In this document: piece by piece, positions 50,401 to 64,000 of the stretch
Position numbering within the stretch: position 1 is the stretch's first letter
Layout: every line of letters starts with the position of its first letter
Assembly (NCBI RefSeq): GCF_032062105.1
Contig: NW_026923547.1
Coordinates: forward strand, 124,001-188,000
DNA from: Saccostrea cucullata
Taxonomy: Eukaryota
Reading direction: 5' to 3'
Length of the DNA stretch: 64,000 nt
Translations under genes and position numbers: made by a program
The notes under the pieces: model-generated
What the model saw: only the letters and a program-made list of their open reading frames with translations
Told to the model about the DNA's origin: nothing
The model's database searches: none

Positions 50401-53400
50401 TTGACAACACAGAAAATCTTACAACTTGATGAATTTGATGATGAAGTGAAGCCTATTTATGAGAATGCCTACAATACTGATCCTGGTGAGACTGATATTA
50501 ATAATAATACATGCACAGTAATGCACGCTTATTATGAAGTGCCGGGGACAGACAATTTTGCTTTGTTATAAACATTTTTCGTTTTATCCATTAATTATTC
50601 CCTTTATTTCAAAGTGAATAGGAATGAAAAATCACTTCACTATAAGCGTCAATTCCTTATAAGCACATTTGTTATAAGTGTGTTATGTGTGCATGCATAA
50701 ATAGGTGTTTTTCTTTTGTAATTTTTACTGAATACTGTAAACCATTGTTATTTGCAACATCTTTTATTTACGATAAATTAATTTGAGATATATGCATAAT
50801 ACATATACTTAGTTAAATGATACTATGCAAAAACAAAATAATATGTAATGGTTTGCTGTGAGAATTATTTGTGAGTCAAAGAAGATCGCATCACTAGTAA
50901 ATATCTCTCAGATGTGAACAATACATTGTAGTTGGTTTAAAGTAAAAGAAGTTTATTAAAGTTTTATGAAAAAAAACTGCATTTCAGTGACAAAACACCT
51001 GCCATTCCCAAAGGATACAAAAATTATGGATCCTTTCTTGTCATCATTAATACAGATGATTCAGGTATGTATTTCAGTAAATTAAGATTTTTAGCTCACC
51101 TCAACGAAGTTGGGGGGAGCTTACATATATTGCTTTGTTAATAAGTTTTTTGGAGCAGTTTTCTTTTCAAGTACTTCTATGTCCTATATTGATTAAACAT
51201 GCATGGAAGATGTTTCTAATGTGTTTCATTGTACCAGTCAAAGTTTCAGATGCTGCAATTTCAGCAAAGGAATGACCAGGTGAATGTTTTTGGTGCAGGT
51301 TAACATTTTTGGTGCAGTTTTTGGTGTAAAGATAACTATAAGCCCTATGTTGACCAAACTTACATGGATGGTACATCAAATACCAGACTTGCTTCGGATG
51401 CTGAATCTGACCTACATTTTCCCGTTGAGTGAACAGGTTAAAGTTTTTGGTGCAGGTTTCATTTCCAAGTTACTATGAGACATATAATGACCAAACTTGC
51501 ATGGATGGTACATCTTAGGATGTAGACTTGCTTCGGATGCTGAATCTGGCCTACATTTTTTTGAGTGAACAGGTTAAAGTTTTTGATGCAGGTTTCATTT
51601 CCAAGTTTCTATGAGACATATACTGACCAAACTTGCATGGATGGTACATCTTAGGATGCATACTACCAGTCTTGCTTTTATATATTTTCCGGTTGAGTGA
51701 ACAGGTTAAAGTTTTTGGTGCAGGTTTCATTTCCAATATATGAGACATATAATGACCAAACTTGCATGGATGGTACTTAGGATGCATATTACAAGAATGC
51801 TGAATCTGACCTACATTTTCCGGTTGAGTGAACAGGTTAAAAAGGTTTCATTTCCAAAATGAACCCTATAATGACTAAACTTGCCTGGATGGTACATCTT
51901 GCTACCAGACTTGCTTCGGATGCTGAATCTGACCTACATTTTCTGGATGAGTAAACAGGTTAAAATTTATGGTGCAGGATTCATTTCCAAGTAACTTTGA
52001 GCCCTATAATGACCAAACTTGCATGGATGGTACATCTCTAGGCTGGCTTCAGAAGCTGAAACACATTTTACATTAGTGAAAATGTTAGTTTTTTTATACA
52101 GGTTTCATTTCCAAGTAACTCTGAGCTCTATGTTGAACAAACTTGCATGGATGATACATCTTAGGATGCATACTAATGGACTTGCTTCAGATGCTGAATT
52201 CGAATACACAGATAATACCTAAAAGTTATGGGTGCAGGTCTATCACCAAGAAACTATAAGGCTTATATAAACCAAAGTTGCACAAATGATGCATCAAGGG
52301 ATGAAAACTCTCAATCTTGCTTCAGATGCTGGATTTTAATTACATTTTCATGATGAAGAACTAGTTTAAGTTTTTATATAGGTATATTCCAAAGTATCAA
52401 AATTGCATAAATTTTGCATTTTTGGATGTATACTTTTTGTTGGTTAATTGTGTGACTTAATTTGCCTTACTTAAAGACAACATTCGTTGAGGTGAGCTCT
52501 GTAATCTCTGATTACCTATGTTTGTTCCATATTACTAGTACTCCAAAAATTTCTCTATGATGAAAAAAATACATGTTGATTTGAAAACATATATGAACAT
52601 TTTTTTTTTAAAGTTAATTAGACCTTTGCATACATCTGTCATCACTGAAACTTTAAAGAAGCTTATACACAGATTTAAAATTACTATTTTCTAATATTAT
52701 AGATATAATATCATGGCATAGATGTTGTTTGACCATTTCATGCCAAAAAACATGAAATATACCGGTAATAGAAAGCAGTTTTAGAAACTTCTTTTATAGG
52801 GAGATTATTATAACTACCAATTTCAGGAAATTTTTGATTGACATATAGCCTAAAATTTTAAATTGAAAACAATGAAACTCTGTCCAAGCCCCTCTAAGAA
52901 ACTTTTCTCAGTTTGAAGATTTGCTATGTAAATGTCTTGTAATTTTGACAGTTTGAGGAAATGCCCTGTCACATTTTTACCTGCCCTGGCCATAAGGCAG
53001 TTCCTGGACCAGCCAATGACTACGATGGATCTTTTCAGGTATTCACAAGGGGGATAACTCTGTCAAATTTCTCAAAATACTCTTTCAGGTAGGAGGAAAA
53101 TGTTTTTCCAGTGCATTTATTATTTAATAGTAATTTCTGTATATATTTGTAGGCAATCACTCATTTTCATGCTGTGTTAAAGAAGTGGTCTAGACTCCAT
53201 TTTGATGAAGAATTCAGTCAGTCTCTGGTAAATGAAAGATGTACAAGAGTTCTAACATACTGTTTATTTGCATTACAGATAAAGACATTTCTTTTAAAAA
53301 AAAATGTATAAATTCTCAAGCATGAAGGATAAGGTGTTAAAAAAATTACCATATGATTATACATTGTATTTTACTATTGATATCAGTGTTTAAGCACTTT

Positions 53401-53500
53401 TCTTTTTCTCTATCTCTTATTACAACTACTATCAACCCATTCTTTATAATTTCAGACATATCGAGACCCTGGATCAGATTCAGATTTGATGTATGTTTAG
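47423..53500 (+). CDS. Uncharacterised PAC1/PAC2 (proteasome assembly chaperone)-fold-like protein with C-terminal HbYX motif
   Basis: Phase-consistent 3' exons 50201-50286, 50379-50485, 50988-51064, 52952-53038, 53153-53227, 53456-53500 (stop; AATAAA at 53522) give FTLLVFNCLIPASVCHHVADKILSLCVESNVKKLVILTTQK...KDTKIMDPFLSSLIQMIQFEEMPCHIFTCPGHK...DSDLMYV*. Candidate 5' exons 47423-47571 (…KKVVFLGYTDMAAAG), 48876-48921 and ~49820-49926 are tentative, and their phase joins are not fully resolved. Confidence 0.65.
51088..52520. mobile_element. HINE/Helitron-type element with ~125-130 bp tandem units
   Basis: Terminal hairpin AGCTCACCTCAACGAAGTTGGGGGGAGCT; repeated CCAAACTTGCATGGATGGTACATC / GAGTGAACAGGTTAAAGTTTTTGGTGCAGG; a shorter relative lies at ~49027-49275. 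Confidence 0.75.
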
Positions 53501-53915
53501 TGTATGATGTTTTATCTCCTCAATAAATTTTAATACCATTATCTGTACAAGTAATATTATTCTTGAAGTATTTTATGTAGTATTTTTTGTACCTTTAAAG
53601 AAATTGACCTAAAATTTTTGCTTTGTATGACAAAAATACATATTCTTAGCTAAATGCAGAATTTTTGTTAAAAATCAAATGAAGGAGTTTCATAGTGTAA
53701 ATTTTATTCAAAAGTACTCCTACAAAATATATACATAAAAACATTTCACAAAGAATTCAGGGATGATTTAAATGTATGTGAATGAGTGAATGACTGTCAA
53801 TAGTTTGCAGTATGTTGAACTGAGATTTATCCTGTCCTCACAATAAAATCTGTGTTGTGCAGAGTGGATTTTTTTTTCATGAAAGTGTTGATGATGAGAA
53901 TTTTCAGCTCCTTTG

Positions 53916-56900
53916 CTACCTCTTACTCTGAAAAAAAAATACAGGCTTGTAAAATATACATAGGTATACATGTATGCATATAAAAACAATTATATATTTA
54001 AAAAAAAAATATTTCTAATTCTATTACTGAATTCAAATGAAGACTTTGATAACAAGATGTTTGTAAAACGCATGCCGCCCTCCTCCTAATAATTGGAATT
54101 TTTCTAAGTCCAAGGGGCATAATTCTATCCAAAACGATCATATCCAAACCCAAACTTGACCTAGGTATTCTTATGCTAAATCTGTATACCAAATTTCATT
54201 TCAATATGTGCAACCTTTGCAAAGAAAATGAACAGAAACTGCAAATAATTGGAATTTTTCTAAGTTCAAGGGGCATTACTTTGTTTAAAATTGCGTCGTA
54301 CCCAAAACCAAACTTGACTTGGATATTTGTATGATAAATCTGTATACCAAATTTCAGGAATCACTTCAGGAATGATGAAGCTTATTTCAACTTTTGTTAT
54401 ACGATATAACATTACTTTGGGCAGTTTATGCTTTATAAACCATGAAGCGGTTTATAAATAAGCGTAAACTGGTCCAAGTTATATTATTTCGTATAACATA
54501 AGTTGAAATAAGCTTCATTCCTTATAATTTAATTTCAGTGTAGACAATGAGACCATTTTTCCTTTAGAAAAAGGCTTCAGATTGAACATACATGTATTTT
54601 AAAAGTAACGTCAAGCGGAGTAATATGGTTTCGACGTAACTGATTGTGATGTAGGCAACTTTTGTTATACGAGACAGATTAAATCTTTTACCCAATCAAA
54701 TGGGGTGTGTTATAACTTAAATTATTTCAATATGTGCAACCTCTGTCAAGGAAATGAATGGAAACTGCAAATAATTGGAATTTTTTCTAAGTCCAAGGGG
54801 CATAACTCTGTCGAAGAAACTGAGTATAAAAATGATGGTGCTATAAATATGACAAACCGACCGACAGACAGCAAAGCAATATGCCCTCCCTTCTTTAAAG
54901 GGGGGGGGGGGCATAAAAATAAAGGTAGCAGAAATTTTATTGTAAATATTTCCCCAAAGAAAGTTTTTATACATACTGTAAAATCACATATTTTCGTGAG
55001 GTCAAATTTTCGTGGTTTGAGGAAAAACTCATGGTTCATGGGGATTGATTTCGTGGATGGAGAATTGTTATGTTATGCATGTAATATTTTACATATTGTG
55101 GTAGACATAATTTGTGGGTCTCTTCATACCTCGAAAACAACGAAAATTAAACCCCCATGAAAATTTGTGATTTCACAGTATTTTTATGCTACATGACCAC
55201 ATACATATAAATTTATGATAAACTTAGCATTAAAAAAAAAGCATGCTTTGTACCTTGGCTTTTTTCTGTTCAAGGATTGTCACTTCTTTCTCCAGTTCCA
55301 CACAAGCTCTTTCTATCTCATAGTTTTTACTGACAAGACCTACCCAACTGAAAATACAAACAACAGTTCAATACATTTGGCAGCAATTTGCCTTTATCAG
55401 CATTGTAAAAATCTGATGGAACGGGGAATCTTTCCCCCTAATCCTGGGGATCAGGCTTTGAACAATTTAGAACCTACATTATATAAAGAAGCTTTCATTT
55501 CAGTTCAACATTTCAGGTCCAGTGGTTCTTGTGAATATTCTTGCCTTATCTTGTTTATCTCATCTTAGAAGGAGGCTTGGCCCTTCATTTGAATAAATTG
55601 AAATCCTTTCACCTACAGCTACTTTGTGCCAATTTTGGTTTAAATTGGTTCTATAGTTTTCAAGAAGTCAAAAATATGAAAAGTTTACAGACATATAGAG
55701 AGATGGTGAAATAAACCGACTGACTAACTCATTTTAGCTATAATAACCTTTCTGCAGACATACAGCTAAACAGATAGACACCAGACAATGGGTGATTAGA
55801 GAAGTTAATAATGACCTTTCTTCTAGATCCTTCAGTTTATTTCCAGCCTCAGTCTGTTCACTCTTTCTTCTCCAATTTATTTCTTGAATTTGTTTCCTGA
55901 AATAATATAGAGATTAAAATTAAGACTTGGTGCATTTGAAAGCTGAAAGTTGTTCCAAAAAAAAATCCATCTTCCATTATGCTGTGAAATCATGCATGTA
56001 AGTTTTTAAATGTCCTCTATTTTAGGAGTATTGAGAAACACCATGAAAATAATTTTATTCTTGAAAATCAGCTCTACAAGCTTGAGTGCATAGTTTAAAA
56101 AAATGTACATGTCCTTTGTAAATCTCAGCAAGGTCAAGATCAATATACATGTATTACACACCTGAGATCTTGAAGGTGTTTTTGAGCACTTTCCATCATT
56201 TGGACCAGAATTGTGTTGTATTCCTTCCAGGCATTTGAACCATTGTCAGACATAAGCTCCAAATTCAGTATTCTACAAGAAAAGTATACTGTCTTGTAAA
56301 CATGTTGAGTTACAGCTGCAAAGTTGAACCTTAGTATTTCAATCACAGATGTCTTGAATACTATGGATATGTTGAAGTGATTTGGAAGTCCCCAGTTCCT
56401 TCTCTTTAAGCATTTTACCCTCAATATCTCCAATCCTCAGATGTCTCAAAGTTTTATTCTTGGTCCCATCAAGTTTGAGATTATGAGGTTTGACTGTGGT
56501 TTATTTTTTAAAAATCACAAAGTTTTCTTTGAATGCTAAATCAAACCTAAAAATTCAAAAAGGTAGCCACGTCTAATATCTGACTACTTTAAGAAGTTCA
56601 TTTGAAGTAATGTATAGAAATTACTGTTGGCAAGGATGTCTAACATAAACTGCATTCAGATACAATATTGATTCAAGAAGAATTCTTAAAATATTCTCTG
56701 GAAATGAAGCATCAATACTCAAAACAAACCGTTTAATGTAAATGCATTCAAATTTATTTTTACAAAAATAAGAATTGCTGAAGCTGTCATACCTCAGAGC
56801 CTGATGTTCCAGCTGAGCTTGGGAGTTATCCACACATTCTGTCCAGGCTGAAATATCGGTCATCTTACCAGCTGAGGGCTGCGGCAACTCATACCTTTAT

Positions 56901-59900
56901 AAATAAATACATTGCTCTTCATATTAAAAAGAAAGAAAATTTTCACTATTATACTTGTATTTCAATTTTTCATTTATATCAAATACCATGCTAAATTTTC
57001 ACAAGTATTAGTAGTTTGGCTGTCCAAGTGTCTAAATAATATCCACTCATCTCCTGATGAGATGAAAGAATAAGAATCAGGCACCACTTGATTAACCTTA
57101 TAGATGATCAGCTAGACATACCTTTTCATACTCAACATATCCATCGGCAAACGAGCCTGCATTCTTTCATATTCATTTTTCATTATTTCAGTCTGCAAAT
57201 AATGTCAAAGTGATAAATACATTGCAAGGCATATTACATTTTTAAATGATCTGCAAAATTGTGCATGCTGGGAAACATATGATTTCTACTGAATTTTAAA
57301 GAAAAGTGATTTTGTGTAATGGTACATTAAGGTGGCTCATTACATCCACAGTTTATTTTAGATTTCAATACAGCACCACTTATAATGTAGATGTCAAATA
57401 TCCAGATGGGGGTATTGATATCATAAATATTTTTTATAGAATTTTTTAGTTTTTGTTTTATTTTAGTGAAATGTTTTATTTCAGGTTTATTATTTACAGA
57501 ATTTCTGAACTTTCAGTGCCAAATGATGGGCATCTTCTTAAGACAAGTACACACAGTGAAAATACCTCATAATATCTAATAATAATTTTATTAGAAAAAG
57601 TAATTTTCTCCTAAAAAAGAATTAATGTCATTATCTTTTTAATCTATGCACAAAACATTTTAAAAATGTGTTCTGAAGAGACAAGGAATGTATTTTAATG
57701 AATTACATGTGTCAAATTGAATGAAAAAAGTTTAAACGAAATGAAAAATCCAATTTAAAAAATATTTGGTATAAAACGTCCACTTTCAAGAGTTATCTTT
57801 CCTAAATAGCCAAGACTCAAAACACTATGGAACGTTTGACATTACATCTAAAATTCAGAATAAAGCTTTAAATTGCCAGAGTATACATTTAAATCAATAA
57901 AACAAATATATGAATTAACATCAAAACAGTAAATAGCGCAATTAAATAAAATTTTAATTTCAACAAGGTTGTAGATTTTAACTCGAATTTCCTCCATACA
58001 TACATGTCAGTGATTGATAGAGTTCACTGCATGCATGGCTATGAAATTGACATTACTTGTTTGGCGAAGATTTGACTGTTGCTTTCTTTTGTTTCTGCCT
58101 AAAAGCAATTCTTCTTGGTTTATGCATAATGAATCCGTTACTTTGTTTTCACTGTTTACAACACCGCATGTTTCATCTATTTTTAAAGCGTTTTAAAGGT
58201 CAGGGTCATATTATAGAGGTATCTATATAACTCGTCCCCTGAGCAAACCGGTCGACACAATGGAGGTTTATTTTTTTGTGTAGTACGTCATCAAAAAGTG
58301 GTGTAATGAGCCTCCTTAAGTAAGGAACAACTTGATACCTCAAAAGCATTGTAATTTGGGGCCGGTAAATATTCCAGGTAATTTTTGGTGGGTCTGTATC
58401 TTCTTGTTTCTTCCTCCACAAGTGAAAGAGCCTGTAATTATAACCATGAATTCAAAGTTCCTTTTTTCAAATGAAAAAAAACTATGACATAAATTATGAG
58501 GTAATCAACTGGTTCAAATTCAAATAATTTATACATTTACAATGAAGAATGGAAAACTAAATTTGAAAATAAGAATTTAAAATTTCAAAATGCATCATTA
58601 GGCAAGATATTCTTGGAAGTTTTAGACATGTTAGAGGTTCCACTTAGTGATATTTAGAGAACAGTTTACAATTATTTTATCAATTTAATCATAAGAAGTC
58701 TTACAATCATTTGGCCATTTCCAAATAATTATTAATTTAAGAGCTGATAATTAATACATTCAAAGGTGTAAAAAATAAATTGATACCTATGGTAAGAAGG
58801 TTTATTTATGAGTGTTTGAATTATGCGAAGTTTTGATTTTTTGCCATCAGTTTGGTTTCGTTATCGTACTTGAAAGAGTCGACATACTTTTACAATTCAA
58901 CAAATCTGAATCACCGCGACACTTAAGTCTGCAGAAAAACCTCTGTAGAGACACAAATTTTTCACATAAAACAACATTCCAGGTATTAAAGGTAAGTCTG
59001 ATATGTACTTTAACAAATACTAAAAACTTGTCTAAAATAAATATTTTGAACACTGGAAGATATCGGAATATTTTCGTATTGTCATTTTACTAGTTCCGAA
59101 TACCCATTTTAAACACTATTATAAATTCATTCTTCGTTGTTTTCTTCATTTTCAAAATGACTTATTATACTCCGCTTGAAAAGCAGGGGGAAGGGGTATA
59201 TAGTGATGGGATATTTGTCCATCCATCCGTCTGTATGTCCATCCGTCTGATATGTTTGGGGTACCCATTTCTTATCCACAACTGCTCTTCTACCACTGAA
59301 TGAAATTTAATGAGGCCTCACAGAATTAAATGAGGTTTTCACAGAATCTTTGTCAAATAGTGCCAAAGTACACCATCTATTTTATTTTTTGATCTGGCAC
59401 ATGATTTGGGCTCCCTTAGTATTACATGGATTCTGCCATTCTTTCTAATATTGAAGGGTATATCCATCTCTTATCCCCAATTCCTCCATTCCAATGAATA
59501 GAATTTAATGATACATGTACTTTCATAGATTCTTTATTACATTGTGCCATTGTACATGTGACCTCTATTTACTTTTTGATCTGACACTTATTTCGGGTCT
59601 CCCACAGCAGAACATGAACTTTGTCATAATAATCATATAGGAAGTGTGGGGTATCATTAAAGTGACCTCTGTGTTCACAGTACCCCTAGTATCTCTTTAT
59701 CCTTTTGAAAAACAACAACTTATTGGTAAGAAATTACTGTAGATGTATTTTATTCCACGTGGTCATATTAACTCATGATTCCGCAGAATCTTAATTTCTG
59801 TTTTATCTGCGGGTAGATAATTACGCGGATTTCTTAGACTGTCATTATATGCCTTACATTTACATTAAGTACAAATTCCATGGAAAATTTGTGACCGCAT

Positions 59901-61427
59901 ATATAGCGTAAATTAATACCACACGGAAAAAAGAACTATAGAAATTTAACTTTTCTTAGGCATGCCAATGGATAATGTGTGGGATGTATATTTTTTAATT
60001 TAGGGTTGAAATCCAGAATTGAATGGGTACCACTAGGGTATTCGGAACTCGTCGGCTTATTCGTAACTGGTAAAATGGACACCTATGTTAACTTGCGAAA
60101 TAATTGTTTTGGGGGGAAGGCTGAACTTTTATGAAACAATGTTTAATTCCACAAGTCATTGAACTACCTTGACAAAAAACTTAGATTTTGAAATAATGCC
60201 TCGTATATTTATAGCACCGCCGAATCAATTTCTTATGCGGAACTGGTCAAATAACTGTACTGTATGAAAAAAATGATTGAAAAGCTTAACATGTTTTGTC
60301 CATATTAGGTATTGGAATATGTATAATATTATTTAATATCTGGATATATCTGCATATTTTTTGTTCAAAAATATGGCTGTCTCAGAAAGTTTGACCAACA
60401 GTGCCTAAATAAATTATTAGCTCAGGTGGTACAGCATCTTGCTAGTGAATAAAGGGGGGTTGATTCGAATCCTAGCTGGTTTGGTAAGTCACATTTTTTT
60501 CTCATTGACAGCTAGATTTGATCCCAAGTCATGTCCTGAAATGAAAGATCTGCCAGGGAAGGGCTTGGGTTTGTGTTTTTTTTTTTTTTTTTTTTTTGGG
60601 GGGGGGGGGGGTGATGATCTTTCAGAGGAGATTAATGTAGCAGTCAGGTGAGTTCAATCTCCAGATAGTTCAGCTGGTAGAGTACCTGACTAGTAATTCA
60701 GAAATCAGATGACCTCATTTTAAATCCTTGTCTTGTCTACTGATTTTACATTTGTCCAAGATTAGACAAATGGAAGAACAGTTGTTGAATAGTATTGGTG
60801 TCTTTGAGATAAAAACCTTAAAAGGGACTAGAATGATTAGAATGTATCGATCAGGGAGGGGGTTACATATCATATGGCCATACTAGGCGGTAGCAGAACA
60901 TTCCAATGGCTGACTAGTGATTTGGGGGGGGGGGGTTGAATACTAGTTTAGAGCTTTGCATTTATCTCTCAACAGTTAGTTACAGAGTCGTAATCTTAAG
61001 CTATTCTTTATTGGGAAGTTGATGGTATGTTTTAATAGCACCCCCCCCCAATAATGTTAACTTCAGTCTAAATAGGTCTTTTAAAATTATCACTAAACCA
61101 AAATAGTGCAAATCGCTGTTAATATAGTAGTACCAGAAAAATCAATATGTTTGCAGATTAGCAATTACCTTTTTATACGTAAATCTTTTTTTCTTTCATT
61201 TTTATTTTCTTTAAAGATGTATATTGCGTTAGAATTTCCTCAGGAGATATAATTTGATTATGATAATTACTTCTTAAAAACATAAAATGACTTAAACTAC
61301 TGATGTGAATAAGTTTTTATAACATTTCTCTAGTTTTCATAAAAATACCTACTGCTTCTCTCACACCTGGCTCGTCGTAACCGCGATCATAATACGGAAG
61401 AGCATCGACGACAACTTCTCCTGCCAT
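53916..61427 (-). CDS. BCAS2: Pre-mRNA-splicing factor SPF27
   Basis: Exons 61353-61427 ([25 protein letters not shown]), 58339-58431 ([16 protein letters not shown]), 57122-57192, 56793-56894 (W.ECVDNS.AQLEHQA), 56162-56272, 55816-55896, 55254-55347 ([15 protein letters not shown]), 53916-53927 (SKR stop); minus-strand AATAAA near 53703. Confidence 0.97.
54050..54916 (+). mobile_element. HINE-type element (same family as 31119-32010) interrupted by an inverted-repeat element at ~54355-54722
   Basis: Same core units and terminal hairpin; the insert has arms GAAGCTTATTTCAACTT..GTTATACG / CGTATAAC..AAGTTGAAATAAGCTTC. Confidence 0.65.
54974..55180. mobile_element. Tc1/mariner-type MITE
   Basis: TA-CTGTAAAATCAC...GTGATTTCACAG-TA; a similar element lies at ~47801-48031. 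Confidence 0.6.
57331..58315. mobile_element. Non-autonomous Kolobok-type DNA transposon
   Basis: TTAA TSD on both sides; TIRs GGTGGCTCATTACATC / GGTGTAATGAGCCTCC (GG...CC termini rather than piggyBac CCC...GGG). Confidence 0.75.
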
Positions 61428-63550
61428 TTTGTTTTTTGCTGACACAAGGAAATAGCTCATTCGTAAAATAATTCGTAACCTCCTCTCCTTAATTAAGGAT
61501 ACCTGCAAATGAATAATGTTTTAAAACGAATTCATGTTGTGTTCTTACTTTAAATAATAAATTGAAACTTTAAATAAGGGAAAATGAGCATACACACATA
61601 CACACCAAAAAAGTCAATTCACATATTTACGTTTGCAACTGTACTATATAAATTATATAATTCATATATTTTCGGTTTTCACAAGAGATCTAGAAGTACA
61701 AATTTTGCAATATTGTTTGAATTAGGAAGATTCCACCTGCATTATAATATTGTCAGATTGTTAATTAAAAGTTGGTATAGATTTGAAAAAATGTCCATAG
61801 AATTTCTTTTACTTGATGAATGTAGTAAAAAGCTTTATGTGAATGGCAACCCGTTGTTTGCAGTTGTGAATACAGAAATTAAGAAAAATACTATGAATAT
61901 TAAAGATTGAGTAATTTGTTATGGGAAACATAAATTTAAGTCAATCTGGGATAAAACCTTATTAGATTATTATGTAAAAAAAAAAAAAAATGATATTCAA
62001 GTCAATAAAGTACTATGCTGATGCATGCAAATTAACCATGCACATAATTATGTGAAACTCAAACAAAATTTTGGTTATGGGAATTACTTATCAGTTGTTA
62101 AAAAATTTCATCACAAAAAACCTTGTTATGATTATGTGTTATGAGGGTTTTTAAATGACAAATCATTAATTATCAATCTATTTCTATATCAATGTTCTAT
62201 TAATTTTCGGTCTTGTTTGACATCTGTAGTTGAAGGTTAATTGTTTTCATTTGATGTTTAGAAAAGGGCATTTTTGCACATGGTAGCAATATCTAATTCT
62301 TGACATCTCTTTCCTGTCTCACAATATCAATGCCATTTACTCGTACTTGTTATCAACTTTATGGTTAGATCTTAGGATTGTGTTCTTTGAATTTATTATG
62401 CCTAGCTCTACCTAATTTCAGTGTTATAAAATAATGTCATACAGATCCCCCTATTCATGCAACAGTGCTTTCTATCCTAAATTTATTTGTATGAACAGTA
62501 CGAAAGTGGGTGGAGTTGTAGAAGATTAGCTGTGAGTGAGTTTGTAAATGAGTCAATCTAAGAAAATTCTTTGTAAAATTCAGTTTGCTCCATCTACGAA
62601 ATTTCAGAGTGTTCTAAATTGTATTTGTGAAATTTATATTTTTTACTTACAATAAATTCTGAACTTTAAAACTGTTTTATCAGTTGACACCAATATTACA
62701 TGGTGGAGTTCGAATCTATTATTTTTTTGGGTGGGGGGGGGCTATATCCCTTATAACAACTTTGAACATTTAGTTGGATTTTTTTCACCTTATTAGAAGA
62801 CTATTACTGAAAATGTCAGCAGACTTTGAACATAAACCAACTCAACATCACTCACCATCTTCACTGGATTATTTGATTGTCGAATGTTTTTACCAATTTA
62901 TAGTGCAGAAATTAATGGAAAAAATTTAAAATTCAGTGGGACAGAAGAGCAACGATCTGCAGTGCTGAACTTCTGTGTCCATTTTTGTACTTGTTGTTTT
63001 AACAAACAAAGAGATAATTAGATAACCTTCCCATACTAATTTTTATCAGCAATACATGTATTTTTTCTTTCTGAAAAAAACAAAAATGCGGGAATATTTC
63101 CGCCAATGATCAAGTTAATGAAAATTGAACGCATCCTCTAGAAACCGGAAGCTGATGTTATTGGGAAAGAGGTTTATTGTAAAAATTCATACGCTGAAAA
63201 GGTATTATTTTGATAAAATGTTGTTTTTAGTTTTTCGTTGATTTGAAAATAATTCTGTATGTTTGTCTTACAAGATTTATTCATATTTTATAATAATTTG
63301 GCAAGTTTATGGCGAGCAAGTTTGTAAATTTTAACTTGTGAGAAAACGGAAGTTGGAAGGACACTAACATTGTGGCTGTGTTGTTAGACCTTGTAAGTTG
63401 ACATATTTCAGGTGCCCGGACAAGTAAAATTGGATGCAAAAATCTATTCCTTTTCACGTTATATTTGATAAGTAATGCTTCTTTGATATATTCATATGCT
63501 CCTGACTATTCCAGATTCTTTCTTATCCCGTCACATTAAAGACGTTTGAA

Positions 63551-63637
63551 ATGGCGCGGTTGGTAGCCGTGTGCAGAGCAGATGACTACCAGTTTGATAG
63601 GAGACAGCTACCACTAGTCGTTGATGACAACTTGAAG
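63551..63637 (+). CDS. GGNBP2: Gametogenetin-binding protein 2, first coding exon (gene continues beyond window)
   Basis: MARLVAVCRADDYQFDRRQLPLVVDDNLK followed by a GT donor; matches the recalled vertebrate N-terminus MARLVAVCRDGEEEFPFERRQIPLYIDDTLT. Confidence 0.85.
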
Positions 63638-64000
63638 GTTGTGCTTTTACAGTTTTAATAATTGATATGCGAATTTCTTTCCTTTGCAATATCTCACTAT
63701 CAGATTTAAATGTGATTTTTTGATATTTTTTTTTAAGTTCTCAGACTTGGAATACTTGATATAGTATGATCAAGGAATGGGAAATCACAATGATTGTTTT
63801 GTTTACCTTTGATTAAACACATCATGCATATTTACAGTGATGATTAATTTGATGCATCTAAAGTTAATACAACTTATCCAGTATGTCTTTGCACAAAGAA
63901 GGTCAATTGCAAAATACCTTGAAAAATATACTGTGGCAGCCAAACGGGTTTGATCGCTGGTGCCTGGATAGCACAGTTAATAGAGCATTTGACTGGAGAT

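Noticed and set aside
60410-60710. tRNA-like sequences (TAGCTCAG..GGTAGAG A-box fragments; also 63960-64000)
   Set aside because: No complete cloverleaf; probably decayed tRNA-derived SINE-like repeats.

Overview
AT-rich, intron-containing animal genomic DNA, most likely a bivalve mollusc (oyster-like): the repeats match bivalve Helentron-derived HINE/Pearl-type and AcademH-type non-autonomous elements. Host genes assembled by hand from splice sites and reading phase: calsyntenin (minus strand, runs off the left edge), a secreted ShKT x4 / mucin / Cys-rich protein (+), mitochondrial P5C dehydrogenase ALDH4A1 (-), a PAC1/PAC2-fold-like protein ending in an HbYX motif that the ORF track misses (+), BCAS2/SPF27 (-) and the first coding exon of GGNBP2 (+). 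The centrepiece is a young, full-length Ty3/Gypsy LTR retrotransposon (37767-47183). It has ~99% identical LTRs, a tRNA-Pro PBS, and a TTTAAAC + hairpin -1 gag-pol frameshift. In the env slot it carries an intact third ORF for a two-C2H2-finger / NLS / coiled-coil protein behind a splice acceptor. An EnSpm/CACTA-type non-autonomous element is nested inside it. Family assignments come from recalled motifs, not from database searches.
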